Shown here: positions 9,117 through 19,728 of the stretch, piece after piece
Numbering within the stretch: position 1 is the first letter of the stretch
How the letters are laid out: every line of letters starts with the position of its first letter
NCBI GenBank assembly: GCA_963682135.1
Contig: OY821645.1
Coordinates: 992,001 to 1,056,000 of the forward strand
Length of the DNA: 64,000 nucleotides
Reading direction: 5' to 3'
Origin: Methanothrix sp.
Lineage (GTDB): Archaea > Halobacteriota > Methanosarcinia > Methanotrichales > Methanotrichaceae
Program-made: the position numbers and the translations under genes
Notes under the pieces: generated by a model
Database searches by the model: none
What the model saw: the letters and a program-made list of their open reading frames with translations, nothing else
Told to the model about the DNA's origin: nothing

Positions 9117-10562
9117 ATGCGGTTTGCACTTGCCGTCATGATAATCTTAATTCTTTTTGGCACCACTTATGCTTTAAAATTTGATGAGAATATTCGTATT
9201 TATGGCAAAGGTGAGATGTTTGCATATACAAAATCCGACGAAATGGGCGATTCATTAGGCGGAATAGGAAATCAGAATTATACGAGAAATCTCTCCTCAG
9301 AAGAAGGTAATGCTAAATTAATATCAGATTATGATTACACAAAAGATCGTGACCGAGAACTAAATAATTCCAATAATTTGGTTAAGTCGAATCGTTCTAA
9401 TATGTATCGAGCGTTTTTGAATAGTGAGGGGGGTCTAAGGCATTCTATCGTAGTATATTCTAATATTAGTATCGAATCGAAGAGTAAGATAGAGCGTTCT
9501 GGAGATGATGCGTCGACTGATTATTCGATAACATCAAATGACGGCAATCTATCGGAGTCCGTAACAGATTTAAGAAGCGGACGTGTGGTCAGTCTTATTG
9601 GAACCCAAATCTCTGGAACATTCGGACTTAATTCTTCGTTGAATGACAAGGTAGAGATTGAAAGAGAATATCTAACCGCAGCGGATCTACTTGCACGAAT
9701 GGAACGAGTCGAATTGACTGGTGAGAAACCACCTGCAAGAGAGATTGAGCTTTCAGGAAATGACCCTGTGTTGGTTATGGGCAAAAAGAAAACGCCCGAG
9801 GATGCGGCATTTATATTAAACGAGCATGGCATAAGCCTTTATAGCGCTGGAGATTACGAAAACGCTATCAAGGCATACAATGATGCTCTCGACTTGGCTC
9901 CGAAAGTACATATTTGGATAAATAAGGCCGAAGCACATAGTAAATTAGGAAGCAAATTAGAGGAATCTGGTAATGAGAGGATGGCTATTAGGCAATATGA
10001 AGAAGCCAATAAGGCTTTCGACGAGGCGATAAAACTCAATCCAGACGATTTGCCGGACGTATTAAATCGAAAATCAATAAATCTAATTAGACTTAAAAAG
10101 TTCGCAGAATCCATTAGGACAAGTGATAAAATCATTCAAATGGACAGTGAGAATAAAAATGCATTTTATCTTAAAGGTCTAGCTCTACTTGGATTAGGAA
10201 AGCAAAAAGATGCGTTGGAAGCCTTTGATGTTGCTATTGAATTGGATCAGGACTTTGATCAAGCATTGTATCAAAAAGGAAAATTGCTGTATATCGAAGG
10301 CAATTACTCAATGGCAAAAGAGGTCTTTAATGTCTATATAGATACAAATCCAGATGATGCAGATGCCTGGAATTTCTTAGGCAAATCGAATCAAAAATTA
10401 AGGCTTTACAATGATTCGGAGGTGGCATATGAAAAAGCTGTAGAAAGAAATCCAGAACTTGCAGATGCATGGTATGCCTTAATAGAAGTCTATGAGATAT
10501 TAGGCAAAAAAGATAAAGCAGATGCAGCCAAAGAAAAAGTGAAGATGATAGGGATAAGGTAA
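9117..10562 (+). CDS. Secreted tetratricopeptide-repeat protein
   Basis: Signal peptide, Ser/Asn-rich N-domain, multiple TPRs in the C-terminal half (e.g. AFYLKGLALLGLGKQKDALEAFDVAIELD); AT-rich. Confidence 0.88.
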   Translation: MRFALAVMIILILFGTTYALKFDENIRIYGKGEMFAYTKSDEMGDSLGGIGNQNYTRNLSSEEGNAKLISDYDYTKDRDRELNNSNNLVKSNRSNMYRAFLNSEGGLRHSIVVYSNISIESKSKIERSGDDASTDYSITSNDGNLSESVTDLRSGRVVSLIGTQISGTFGLNSSLNDKVEIEREYLTAADLLARMERVELTGEKPPAREIELSGNDPVLVMGKKKTPEDAAFILNEHGISLYSAGDYENAIKAYNDALDLAPKVHIWINKAEAHSKLGSKLEESGNERMAIRQYEEANKAFDEAIKLNPDDLPDVLNRKSINLIRLKKFAESIRTSDKIIQMDSENKNAFYLKGLALLGLGKQKDALEAFDVAIELDQDFDQALYQKGKLLYIEGNYSMAKEVFNVYIDTNPDDADAWNFLGKSNQKLRLYNDSEVAYEKAVERNPELADAWYALIEVYEILGKKDKADAAKEKVKMIGIR

Positions 10563-10662
10563 GAATATATAAAAATCTATATTTTTTAATATAGATTTGA
10601 ATAGTAATATAACCTTACTCAAGAATTGAAACATATAATGAGAACATAAGGAGAGATAAGTC

Positions 10663-11100
10663 ATGACATGGATCGATGCATATTTTGATTGTGTGGAATG
10701 CGAGGAAAGAAATATGGTCCAAATTGACGACAGCACGGTAGCAAAAAATAAGAAGCTAATTATGTGTTGTTGTAAATGTGGAATCGTGAATATTCCACAA
10801 AGAATCGAAAAGAAAGATGGAAAAAATTGGCTGCCATGCATGGGCCCTGAGGGCGAAATTGCAGATGACGTCGTAGGGTATAAGAAAGAAGCAGGAGTCA
10901 CTCGCTGGAGAGATGTAAATCAAAAATGGCTGAGTAGGACAAAGTTTGCTGAGTTGCATAATAGAGACCCTTGGACTCTGTTTTGCAGCAAAGAAATAAA
11001 CCAGGACAAAGAGATATGTCAAGGATTCAAAGGTAGGTGCAACGGGAAGGTAAAATACGATTGGCGAATTGTAGATATCGAATTGCCTAATCCCAAATAA
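10663..11100 (+). CDS. Cys-rich hypothetical protein (putative metal-binding)
   Basis: CVEC, CCCKCG and further Cys; shares motifs with 59616-59975. Confidence 0.7.
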   Translation: MTWIDAYFDCVECEERNMVQIDDSTVAKNKKLIMCCCKCGIVNIPQRIEKKDGKNWLPCMGPEGEIADDVVGYKKEAGVTRWRDVNQKWLSRTKFAELHNRDPWTLFCSKEINQDKEICQGFKGRCNGKVKYDWRIVDIELPNPK

Positions 11101-11308
11101 ATCTCTAGATTGCTTAATCGGAATTAGAGTTCATAGTTCAAATGGCTTATATTGAAAGATGCCTCAGCCTACCGGAAATTGCTTAGTAGCCATTTGCCAA
11201 CTGATATTAATATTTTTGAAAAATATTTAGACATGTTAGGAGTTTTTTTAATCATAATAGACGACGGAGTCTAGGTTTAATTTTAATGAACTATTGAGAA
11301 AAAAATGA

Positions 11309-11605
11309 TTACCCAAACATCGCCCCCATGCCCGCCTCTGCCGCCTCAGCCTCGTCCCGGAAGGCCTTGAGCAGCACCTCAGCCTCCTCGCCCTTCAGCT
11401 CCTTAGCCGCAGTCTCGGCGAGCAGCTTCTGGGCTTCCTGGACCAGCTCATCTTTGGCTTTGATGTAGAGGCACATGCCCTCTTTTTCCAGCCCCATGGC
11501 CTTGCACTCGCGCACAGTGGGCCCCAGTCGCTTCCAGAACTCCTCATCCAGCATCTTGTTCATGTCTTTGCTGCTTTCCATCGCATAAGCGTAAACTAAT
11601 TCCAT
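11309..11605 (-). CDS. Hypothetical protein (start probably ATG at 11605)
   Basis: AGGAG RBS precedes MELVYAYAME; 98 aa ending AGMGAMFG. Confidence 0.7.
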   Translation of the reverse strand: MELVYAYAMESSKDMNKMLDEEFWKRLGPTVRECKAMGLEKEGMCLYIKAKDELVQEAQKLLAETAAKELKGEEAEVLLKAFRDEAEAAEAGMGAMFG

Positions 11606-11616
11606 TGCCAAAACTC

Positions 11617-11838
11617 CTAAAGATCTTTCATTGCTTTCTTGAGCATCTCTGTGCACTGGTCCATGAGGGCCGCGGCCTGGCTTATATCCTGGGCCGCTGG
11701 CTCGCTCACCCTGGCGACCTGGGCCGCCCTCTCCCGAAAAGAGGCACTGTGGCTCTCGTTATGCTCGATCCAGTGATGCAGGAGGTGCTCTGCCTCGTGC
11801 CTGGTTAATTCATGCCCTTTTAGATCATGGCTATGCAT
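11617..11838 (-). CDS. Small His-rich helical protein, putative metal-binding
   Basis: 73 aa, HLLHHWIEHNESH motif, 12 bp after the GGPP synthase stop. Confidence 0.72.
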   Translation of the reverse strand: MHSHDLKGHELTRHEAEHLLHHWIEHNESHSASFRERAAQVARVSEPAAQDISQAAALMDQCTEMLKKAMKDL

Positions 11839-11850
11839 AATGAATGTCCC

Positions 11851-12840
11851 CTAATAGTGTCTTCTGACCATGTAATCAGCCAACTCCAGCAGCGTTGCCT
11901 TCGCCTTCGAGTCCGGCAATATTTGCAGGGCCTTCTTGCCCCGCGCCACCATCTCCTCTGCCCGGGACCTGGCGTACTCTATCGATCCGCTCTTCTCCAA
12001 AAGGGAGATGGCCTCTTGAATCTGCTCCGGCGTGGCATCCTTCTTGCCGAAGACCGGCACAGGAACATTATGGGCAAAGGCGTGAATCATAATCAATGTC
12101 TTCTTGGCCTCAATCAGGTCTCCCCCCTGCCGCTTTCCTGAGACCTTCTCGGGAGTGATGAGATCGATCACATCATCTTGCAGTTGAAAGCCCATGCCGG
12201 TAAGCCTGCCGAATTCGTCCAGCGCAGCGACCTCCTGTGGCGCGGCTCCTGCTAAGAGCGCCCCCATGCCGGCTGAGGCTCCGTAGAGGACACCTGTCTT
12301 TTTCTCAATCATCTCCATGTACTCATCTTCAGAGACGCGCTCTTTTGCCTCAAACTCCATATCCAGCCACTGGCCTTCGCAGATGGCAGTGCAGGTACGA
12401 GAGAGCATATTCATGGCCCCCAAAATGAGGTCTGATCGGGCTTTCGTCATGCCCAGCACCTGAAAAGCCTTGGAGTAGAGCGTATCTCCGGCGAGGATGG
12501 CTCCTGACTGGCCCCAGATTTTATGCACGGCGGGACGCCCGCGTCTCACATCGGCATTGTCCATGATGTCGTCATGAATGAGCGTGAAGTTATGAATCAA
12601 CTCAATGGATACCGCTGCCGAGGCGAGCGCTGTCGCATCGCCGCCCGCGGCTTCACCCGCCAGCAGCAACATGGATGGACGCAACCTCTTTCCCCCTGCA
12701 TCCACCAGATGCCGGCCGGCTTCGTAGAGAGGACGCGGATGCACTATCGGTAAGAGTTCCTCGATGGCTCCCGTCACCAGATCTGCTCGCATCTGCAACT
12801 CCCGGTCAAGCTCTCCTGCAATCGTCTTCGTCATTCTCAC
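11851..12840 (-). CDS. idsA: Geranylgeranyl diphosphate synthase (polyprenyl synthetase)
   Basis: GGKRLRP, FTLIHDDIMD first Asp-rich motif, RRG, FQLQDD second motif. Confidence 0.95.
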   Translation of the reverse strand: MRMTKTIAGELDRELQMRADLVTGAIEELLPIVHPRPLYEAGRHLVDAGGKRLRPSMLLLAGEAAGGDATALASAAVSIELIHNFTLIHDDIMDNADVRRGRPAVHKIWGQSGAILAGDTLYSKAFQVLGMTKARSDLILGAMNMLSRTCTAICEGQWLDMEFEAKERVSEDEYMEMIEKKTGVLYGASAGMGALLAGAAPQEVAALDEFGRLTGMGFQLQDDVIDLITPEKVSGKRQGGDLIEAKKTLIMIHAFAHNVPVPVFGKKDATPEQIQEAISLLEKSGSIEYARSRAEEMVARGKKALQILPDSKAKATLLELADYMVRRHY

Positions 12841-12857
12841 TCTACTCCTTGATTTGC

Positions 12858-14195
12858 CTAATCGATTACAAGCTCCTGGCCGTTTCTTACCAGATGGAAA
12901 TTGGACCCCAGTGAGTATCCCGTCTCCTCTGCCATCATGAGATAGCTGCTGTGACTGACCAGATTTCCGTGGCTGGGTATGACATGCTCAGGCTGTATCA
13001 TGCGCAGAAGCTCCCAGTGATCTTCCCGGCAAGCATGCCCGGAGACATGCACATTGTCGTAAATCCTGCCCCCGCGCATCTTGAGCTTGGTGACAACTGT
13101 GTGCCGGTTGGACTCATTGAGCGGCTGAGGTATGATTCCTGCGGAGAAGATGACCTTATCCCCGGATTCCACATTATAATCGGTCTCGCCATTAGCCACC
13201 CGACTCAGGATGGCTCCCGGCTCACCCTGGTGACCGGTCATAATGGGCAGATACTTGTCTTTGCCTTCAGTCATGATCCTCTTCAGGGCTTTGTCCACAG
13301 ATTTGCGCCTACCAAAGACGGTCACATCTCCCTGACCGGCATAGCCAGTTCTCATAGCCGTGCCCCAATACTTCTCCATGGAGCGGCCCAAAAGAACGGG
13401 CTTTCGTCCCATCTTGTGAGCCGCTTCGATGATGGCCCTGATGCGAGCAATGTGCGAAGAGAATGTGGTGACCATAATACCGGACTTCGACTCTTCTGTG
13501 CCGAGGAGCACATCCCAGACCAGATCCTTGGCAATCTTCTCGGAGGGCGTCTTTCCGGAGATGGAGGCATTGGTGGTCTCGGTAATGAGTGCCAGCACAC
13601 CCTGCTTTCCTAAGGCTCTTAACCGAGCGAAGTCTGGAGGCTCGCCTAAAGTCGGAGACCGATCTATCTTGAAATCGTTTGCGTAAATTATGATGCCTTT
13701 GGGTGTATGAATTGCCGCAAAGACGCAGTCTACAATGCTATGCTGCACACGGATGAACTCGAGCTCAATGTCCTGTGTAACTGGAAACCGTTCCCCCGCT
13801 TTCATTACATGCAGGGGATTTTTTACTCCGAAGATCTTCTCGGACTTGATCTCCTGATTAATGAGGTCTGCTGTGAACGGCGAGGCGATGATGGGGGCAT
13901 GATACTTGTGGGCCAGCTTGGAGATGGCTCCAATATGATCCAGGTGACCATGTGTGCAGGCGATAGCCCTTACCGTTCCGTCAACGTTTTCCATGATGCT
14001 GTCGTCGGGAATGGCCCCCATGTTGATCAGGTCGGCTGCATGCAGCGATTCCACATCTGTGTCCTCGTGAATCTGCACTCTATCCAGCCGGATCCCCATA
14101 TCCATTACCACGATATCTTTTCCGATCCGCAGCGCCGTCATATTGCGGCCAATTTCATTATAGCCGCCCACAGCGATTATTGAAATATCCTTCAT
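12858..14195 (-). CDS. rnj: Ribonuclease J (beta-CASP)
   Basis: GGYNEIGRNMT, THGHLDHIG, HVSGHA, PSHG. Confidence 0.95.
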   Translation of the reverse strand: MKDISIIAVGGYNEIGRNMTALRIGKDIVVMDMGIRLDRVQIHEDTDVESLHAADLINMGAIPDDSIMENVDGTVRAIACTHGHLDHIGAISKLAHKYHAPIIASPFTADLINQEIKSEKIFGVKNPLHVMKAGERFPVTQDIELEFIRVQHSIVDCVFAAIHTPKGIIIYANDFKIDRSPTLGEPPDFARLRALGKQGVLALITETTNASISGKTPSEKIAKDLVWDVLLGTEESKSGIMVTTFSSHIARIRAIIEAAHKMGRKPVLLGRSMEKYWGTAMRTGYAGQGDVTVFGRRKSVDKALKRIMTEGKDKYLPIMTGHQGEPGAILSRVANGETDYNVESGDKVIFSAGIIPQPLNESNRHTVVTKLKMRGGRIYDNVHVSGHACREDHWELLRMIQPEHVIPSHGNLVSHSSYLMMAEETGYSLGSNFHLVRNGQELVID

Positions 14196-15280
14196 TTTGC
14201 CAACTCTCTATAAACAGAAAATGCTCTCAAATCGAAACCCCGTGCATCCAGCCACTCCCTGGTCCTTCCTAGAACCACGAGAGGAACTCTTGCAAGCTGC
14301 TTTACTTCTTGGCAGCCGGTGAGAAACATTGTGATCCTCAGCGCACGGATATAAGCATTCATGACCCTAACAACTGCTTCTTTGTCTTTAGTGGCCGGCC
14401 TTAACAAGGGAAGGGCCGTGCCCGCCAGGCTGGCGCCCAGAGCCAGGCTCTTGGCTGCATCCAGTCCGCTTCGCACTCCTCCCGAGGAGATAACAAAGGC
14501 CCCAGCCGCTTTGCACTCTACAATGCTTACGGGTGTTGGGATTCCCCAATTCTCAAATAGCCTTCCCATAAGCTCCAGCTCATCGTCCTCGACCTCTGCA
14601 GCACGAAAAGACTCAACGCTGGCCCAGGAGAGGCCCCCCACGCCCGAGACGTCAATCATCTTCACTCCCGCCGATACCAGATCCAAAGCCACCTCTCGTG
14701 ATATGCCTGCACCGGTCTCCTTGACCATGATCGGTATCGATCCTCTGGCTGCTGATTTCAAGATCTCCAGCACTCCACCGGCATCTTTGTCTCCCTCCGG
14801 CTGAATGCTCTCCTGCAGGAAGTTAAGATGAACTGCAATGGCGTTTGCATCTATCATCTCAGCCAGTCGATCCAAGATCTCCGGTCCGCTTCTTTTCAGT
14901 TGCACGGCTCCGATGTTGCCGATGATGGGAATATCCGGCGCCGCATCCCTGACCGCAGAGAAGGTGTCCTCAAGACTTCGATCTTCTATGGCCGCTCTTT
15001 GTGAGCCCACTCCTAAAGCAATACCAAGCTGCGAAGCCGCTTGCGCCAGGCGAACATTGATCTGCTTAACCTCTGGATGGCCCCCTGTCATGGCACTGAT
15101 CATAAAAGGTGCCTTCAACTTCTTCCCGAGGAATACGCAGGAGGTATCGATATCCGCCTCGTCGATCTCCGGCAGAGCCTTATGCAGCAGCACCAGATCC
15201 TGGAATGGCAACTCTCTCGCATCCACCGGCTTTTCCATACAGATTCGGATGTGGTCGAGCTTGCGGCTGGATGTAGTCAA
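14192..15280 (-). CDS. fni: Type 2 isopentenyl-diphosphate delta-isomerase
   Basis: RKLDHI, MTGG, GVGSQRAA, HLNFLQE, VKETGAG, SGGVRSGLD. Confidence 0.96.
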   Translation of the reverse strand: MTTSSRKLDHIRICMEKPVDARELPFQDLVLLHKALPEIDEADIDTSCVFLGKKLKAPFMISAMTGGHPEVKQINVRLAQAASQLGIALGVGSQRAAIEDRSLEDTFSAVRDAAPDIPIIGNIGAVQLKRSGPEILDRLAEMIDANAIAVHLNFLQESIQPEGDKDAGGVLEILKSAARGSIPIMVKETGAGISREVALDLVSAGVKMIDVSGVGGLSWASVESFRAAEVEDDELELMGRLFENWGIPTPVSIVECKAAGAFVISSGGVRSGLDAAKSLALGASLAGTALPLLRPATKDKEAVVRVMNAYIRALRITMFLTGCQEVKQLARVPLVVLGRTREWLDARGFDLRAFSVYRELAK

Positions 15281-16029
15281 TTTCCCCCTCCTATCCTGGT
15301 TCCTACATATTCGCCTTTTAAGGCCCGGGCAATATTTCCTTTTATGCCAGCATTAAATATCAGGGATTCGATTCCCAAATCGGCCAGATCCAGAAGTTCC
15401 AGCAGCTTTCCTCTCATGCCGCCGGTAACATCTACTCCTTCACTGCCTCCAATGGCGCTCTCTACTCGCGAAAGATCTTTTCTTGTAATCCGGGTGAGAG
15501 GCCTGCCGGAAAATAGGACCCCGTCAACATTGCTTCCTATGGCTACTACATCGGCTTGCAGAGACTTGGCGATATAGGAGACCAATTGATCACCGGATAC
15601 TATTGCGGCCTTTCCGGTAGCGTCCATTGCCACGTCACCATGTAGCACCGGCATGATGCCGTTCTTTAGCATCTCTTCTATGGGCTCCATAAAGAAGCTG
15701 TCTATTCTGCCGCCCCGAAGGTGAAGGCAAGAGAGAGGATGAACCGGCAGACAGTCGACACCAGCCAAGCTGAGTGCCTCAACGACCATTTCGCAGAGCT
15801 GGGCCACACTGCTATGAGTTACTCTCAATCCCAGCCGATTAAATTCATGGGGCAGACCATATTTTTTTGCAGGAATGTGTCCAAAAGAGCCTGCTCCGTG
15901 CACGAGCACCACGTCATCCGGATGAATAGCAATCTCTTTTGCCACGCGCGTGATCTCGCCTTGCCGCGGCGCAAGCTCCCTACTCTTGTCGGTCAAAATG
16001 CTTCCCCCGATCTTCAGAACACGGGTCAT
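15277..16029 (-). CDS. ipk: Isopentenyl phosphate kinase
   Basis: LKIGGSILTDK, HGAGSFGH, DVTGGMRGK; lies between mvk and fni. Confidence 0.93.
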   Translation of the reverse strand: MTRVLKIGGSILTDKSRELAPRQGEITRVAKEIAIHPDDVVLVHGAGSFGHIPAKKYGLPHEFNRLGLRVTHSSVAQLCEMVVEALSLAGVDCLPVHPLSCLHLRGGRIDSFFMEPIEEMLKNGIMPVLHGDVAMDATGKAAIVSGDQLVSYIAKSLQADVVAIGSNVDGVLFSGRPLTRITRKDLSRVESAIGGSEGVDVTGGMRGKLLELLDLADLGIESLIFNAGIKGNIARALKGEYVGTRIGGGN

Positions 16030-16982
16030 AAGTCGCCCTCCAGTCGCACACCCTCACAGCCCGTCAGAACCTTAAATGGAACACCTCTCGCCTGTCTTAA
16101 GGCCACCATGAGGGGCTCAACACCTGCGGCCCCGGGTAGGGAAATCATGCATCCTCCGCCTCCGGCTCCGGTGAGTTTGGCGCCCAGCGCCCCACCAGCA
16201 CCGTTTGCCGCATAAACCAGTTCCTCCAGCTCTCGGGAGCTGACGCCTAAGGACGCTAGCAGGCCATGGTTGATGTTCATCAGCTGGCCCAGTTCTGCTA
16301 TATTTTGCTCTCTGATGAGTGAGACGGCACGCTGTGATATGGCCCCAATGGCTAGAAATATGGGACCGACCAGGTCAGAGTAGCGTTTCTTCAGGTCTTG
16401 CACCTTCTCTACCTCCGATCTTGTATCGTGAGGTATTTTTGTGTACCCTACTACAATTTTCAGCGGCGGAAGATCAAGTGGCCGAATATCCTGGGAAATC
16501 TGCAAGTAGCCCCCATAGGTTGCCAGTGCGGTGTCCATGGGGCTGCCCAGTCCCTGTTGAACCTTCTTTTCCAGCCGGTAGGATGTTTCTGCGATCTCCT
16601 TTCGGGATAAGCAGTGGCCCTGGTGACGGCTTACGGCGGCAACTGCTGCCACCACGATCGAGGCCGATGATCCCAATCCGGCAGCAGCCGGCAGGCTCGA
16701 TTCAATGCTTATCTGCATATCTTTGACATCGAACTCTCTTAGCACGGCGGAGATATATCTTGTAGCATGTGCTGCCTGGGCGGACTTAAGCCGACCGGTT
16801 GTTAGATCGAAGGAGAATCCCTGTAAAGTGAGATCTTCCGTCTTTATCAGAACGCTGCCGGGCAGGTCTTGCACGCTAACTCTTGCTCGCAGATCTATGG
16901 CACTACCAAGAGCTACAGCACCGGAAACGACGGCATGCTCTCCGAAAAGAATTATCTTGCCGGGAGCTGATGCCGTAGTCAA
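16026..16982 (-). CDS. mvk: Mevalonate kinase
   Basis: APGKIILFGEHAVV, GLGSSAS, KLTGAGGGG GHMP motifs. Confidence 0.95.
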   Translation of the reverse strand: MTTASAPGKIILFGEHAVVSGAVALGSAIDLRARVSVQDLPGSVLIKTEDLTLQGFSFDLTTGRLKSAQAAHATRYISAVLREFDVKDMQISIESSLPAAAGLGSSASIVVAAVAAVSRHQGHCLSRKEIAETSYRLEKKVQQGLGSPMDTALATYGGYLQISQDIRPLDLPPLKIVVGYTKIPHDTRSEVEKVQDLKKRYSDLVGPIFLAIGAISQRAVSLIREQNIAELGQLMNINHGLLASLGVSSRELEELVYAANGAGGALGAKLTGAGGGGCMISLPGAAGVEPLMVALRQARGVPFKVLTGCEGVRLEGDL

Positions 16983-16994
16983 TAAAGGGCCTCC

Positions 16995-17783
16995 TCAGGA
17001 AAAGGCAACCGCGGCGTACCCAACTACTTGACTGTAGTCGCCGCTCACGTCTCCACTGGTGGCATAGGCAAGCAGCTGACCGGTTTTCGCACCCATGATA
17101 GAAGCGGCGGCAATGGTTGCTGCGATCGGCCCGTAGCCGCACGCGGTGGCTTCGTAGCGATATACTCTATCGTAAAGCTTGGCAGCATCCATATTTAAAA
17201 TGGCTTCCAGTAGCTTTGCGTCCACCTTCCGGGCAGTCTCTTGTGGCTCATAATGGGTGAAGTCACTGCTGGCAATCACTATGCAGCTACGGTTAAGCTT
17301 CAGTGCGGCCCTCGATAGCGCCTGCCCGACCTCTAGCGCTGTTTGTTCATCCTGCAAACCCATACAGATGGGAAGTATCTTGAATCCTTGAAATCTCTTC
17401 TGAAGAAAAGGGATCTGAACCTCAATAGAGTGCTCATGCCGATGAGCCGTCTCATCATAATCGATAATGCTGCCTACAAGCAGGTCTGCCAGCTCCAGAT
17501 CAGGCTCGGCCACACCCAGCGGCGTTCTCCACGAATCACGGGAGAGTGCCACTGGCGAGCCGACGCCGTGATGATTGGGCCCTATGATAACATAGGTTTC
17601 CGCTTTAGGCAGGCGAGAATATACTGCAGCAGCAACTTGCCCCGAATACATATATCCTGCATGCGGGACCACTGCGCCCAGACACGAAATCTCTTTTTCA
17701 GGATGTAACATGCCTTCCAGCTGATGCTCTAGCTCCGCTCCGCTCCCCGGATAGAACTGACCTGCAACAGCCGGAAACCGCAT
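16995..17783 (-). CDS. MEMO1/AmmeMemoRadiSam protein B family
   Basis: PAVAGQFYP, PHAGYMYSG, EHSIEVQIPFLQ, SSDFTHY, CGYGP. Confidence 0.93.
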   Translation of the reverse strand: MRFPAVAGQFYPGSGAELEHQLEGMLHPEKEISCLGAVVPHAGYMYSGQVAAAVYSRLPKAETYVIIGPNHHGVGSPVALSRDSWRTPLGVAEPDLELADLLVGSIIDYDETAHRHEHSIEVQIPFLQKRFQGFKILPICMGLQDEQTALEVGQALSRAALKLNRSCIVIASSDFTHYEPQETARKVDAKLLEAILNMDAAKLYDRVYRYEATACGYGPIAATIAAASIMGAKTGQLLAYATSGDVSGDYSQVVGYAAVAFS

Positions 17784-17786
17784 GAA

Positions 17787-18407
17787 TCAAAACTCCATCT
17801 CGAAGTCCGAGATAGTGTATTTAAATCGATCCTCTTCGCCCCGCTCGCGCAGCACCTGACGGGCCAAGAGCCAGTAGATAAGCGTTAGAGCTTTCCTGCC
17901 TTTGTTGTTGGTGGGTATGACCAGGTCAACATTGGAGGTCATGTTGTTTGTATCGCAAAGAGCGATTACAGGTATGCCTATGTCCACAGCCTCGTTGACC
18001 GCCTGGGCATCGCCGCTGGGGTCGGTAGTTATGAGCACATCGGGCTCGATGAAGCCCCGGAAGGCTGGATTGGTCAAGGTATTGGGCACAAATCTACCTA
18101 CGTTGGCGTTGGCACCAATGGCCTTGGCAAACATTGTGGCTGGCCTCTGGCCATACTGGCGTGCTGATACGACCAATATGTTTGATGGATCGTATTTCGC
18201 CAGGAACTTGGCTGCCAACCGGATGCGCTTGTCAGTAGACTGGACATCCAGCACATAAAGCCCATCGGTTCTCACCCTATAGATATAGGGCATCATGTTA
18301 TTCGTCTTCTGCTGAGTACCAATATGCACGCCGGCAGCAAGGTACTCGTCTATTGGTATGAGAGTCTCATATTCTCCCGATACCGTCATTACCTCATCTT
18401 CTACCAA
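17787..18407 (-). CDS. rps2: 30S ribosomal protein S2
   Basis: [32 protein letters not shown]. Confidence 0.97.
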   Translation of the reverse strand: MVEDEVMTVSGEYETLIPIDEYLAAGVHIGTQQKTNNMMPYIYRVRTDGLYVLDVQSTDKRIRLAAKFLAKYDPSNILVVSARQYGQRPATMFAKAIGANANVGRFVPNTLTNPAFRGFIEPDVLITTDPSGDAQAVNEAVDIGIPVIALCDTNNMTSNVDLVIPTNNKGRKALTLIYWLLARQVLRERGEEDRFKYTISDFEMEF

Positions 18408-18416
18408 CTAATTCAC

Positions 18417-18599
18417 CTACCTATAGCGATTGCGTTTTACTGTGATGGGAATTACGCCCAGTTTCATCTCTTCAAGCGCTATTTCGAGAGGGTCGGTATT
18501 ACCGGTATCGATCAACACTGGAGCGCCCATGAAAACTTGCAAAGCCCGTGCTCCTACGATGCGCGCACGTTCATATCTTGTATATTTCTCGCCCTTCAA
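18417..18599 (-). CDS. rpoK: RNA polymerase subunit K (Rpo6)
   Basis: [15 protein letters not shown] signature. Confidence 0.96.
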   Translation of the reverse strand: MKGEKYTRYERARIVGARALQVFMGAPVLIDTGNTDPLEIALEEMKLGVIPITVKRNRYR

Positions 18600-18626
18600 A
18601 TAGCCACCTCAAAAGGAAGAGTATGA

Positions 18627-18701
18627 TGGGGTTGCTGAGATTCGAACTCAGGTCACAGCGTCCCGAACGCTGTAGGATGGACCAGGCTACCCTACAACCC
18701 C
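18627..18701 (-). tRNA. tRNA-Pro (anticodon CGG), no intron, CCA not encoded
   Basis: GGGGTTG/CAACCCC acceptor stem, CAGCG-TTCGGGA-CGCTG anticodon arm, CTGAG-TTCGAAT-CTCAG T arm; sits between rpoN and rpoK. Confidence 0.96.
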
Positions 18702-18703
18702 GT

Positions 18704-18889
18704 CTACTGGTACCGCCTAAGCGTATCTACAATCTCCACATGAGAGAGAAGCATGCGCCTGCAGCAATATTTGTCTATTCCCAGGTCATCCATGACTTTG
18801 CCGGGAGGCTCAGTCTTGATGCGCTCCCGGTATTCCTCCCATACATGGGAGATCACTTTGCCACAGGAATAGCACCTGACTGGAATCAA
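18704..18889 (-). CDS. rpoN: RNA polymerase subunit N (Rpo10)
   Basis: IPVRCYSCGK...YCCRRMLLSH. Confidence 0.97.
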   Translation of the reverse strand: MIPVRCYSCGKVISHVWEEYRERIKTEPPGKVMDDLGIDKYCCRRMLLSHVEIVDTLRRYQ

Positions 18890-18895
18890 GCTGCT

Positions 18896-19294
18896 TCACC
18901 TGTAAGACTTCTGGTACTTAGATCTAGCACCAAGTCCGCCGAACTTTTTCCTCTCTTTGTGCCGATGATCGCTGACAAGGAGATTTCTGTCATACTCGGA
19001 GAATGCTTCTTTCAGTCCGGTATCGCCTGTCCACTCCACAATACCCTTGGCGATAGCCGTCCTTACGGCATCTGTCTGGCCCATAGTACCGCCGCCGGCA
19101 ACAACGACATCGATATTCATCGTTTTGACCAGATCTCCTGCGATCTGAACGGGTTCTTGAATCTTGAGTCTGGCAAGGCGAGGCTCATAAATATCTAAGG
19201 GCACCTTGTTGATGCGCACAACGCCCTTTCCATCCTTTAAAGTGGCCCTTGCAGTTGCCGTCTTCTTCTTACCTGAGGTATTAATTATCTTCAT
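18896..19294 (-). CDS. rps9: 30S ribosomal protein S9
   Basis: [22 protein letters not shown]-terminal KYQKSYR. Confidence 0.97.
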   Translation of the reverse strand: MKIINTSGKKKTATARATLKDGKGVVRINKVPLDIYEPRLARLKIQEPVQIAGDLVKTMNIDVVVAGGGTMGQTDAVRTAIAKGIVEWTGDTGLKEAFSEYDRNLLVSDHRHKERKKFGGLGARSKYQKSYR

Positions 19295-19304
19295 AGGAAA
19301 ACCT

Positions 19305-19724
19305 TCAGAAGGTTGCGCCGAGTCTTCGGCTCAAGGCCCCAAGCTCGATATATTTGTTATTGCTCTCGGTCCTCATCTTAGCAGCGGTTGGTTGCTCTAA
19401 CGGCATTCCCTTCAGCTCTCTGGGTATGCCCACAAATATCCGCAGCCGGGAGAATGCATCTCTTCCCCGCCCCATCTTGTAGGGAAGCATGCCGCGTACC
19501 GTCCTCTTGAGTATCATTTCCGGCCGACGGGGGAAGTAGGGACCTCTCTCCTTATGACCACGATCCCGTGTATGCCCATATTCAGCGAAAATAGATTCTT
19601 TCCCGCCAGTAACCAGTGCCTTCTCGGCATTGACGATCCTGACCTCTTCGCCTGCCAGGAGATTCTTAGCGGTTACGCTAGCCAGGCGTCCCAGGACCAA
19701 TCCAGTTGCATCTACTACGATCAT
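19305..19724 (-). CDS. rpl13: 50S ribosomal protein L13
   Basis: [30 protein letters not shown]. Confidence 0.97.
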   Translation of the reverse strand: MIVVDATGLVLGRLASVTAKNLLAGEEVRIVNAEKALVTGGKESIFAEYGHTRDRGHKERGPYFPRRPEMILKRTVRGMLPYKMGRGRDAFSRLRIFVGIPRELKGMPLEQPTAAKMRTESNNKYIELGALSRRLGATF

Positions 19725-19728
19725 TGCT

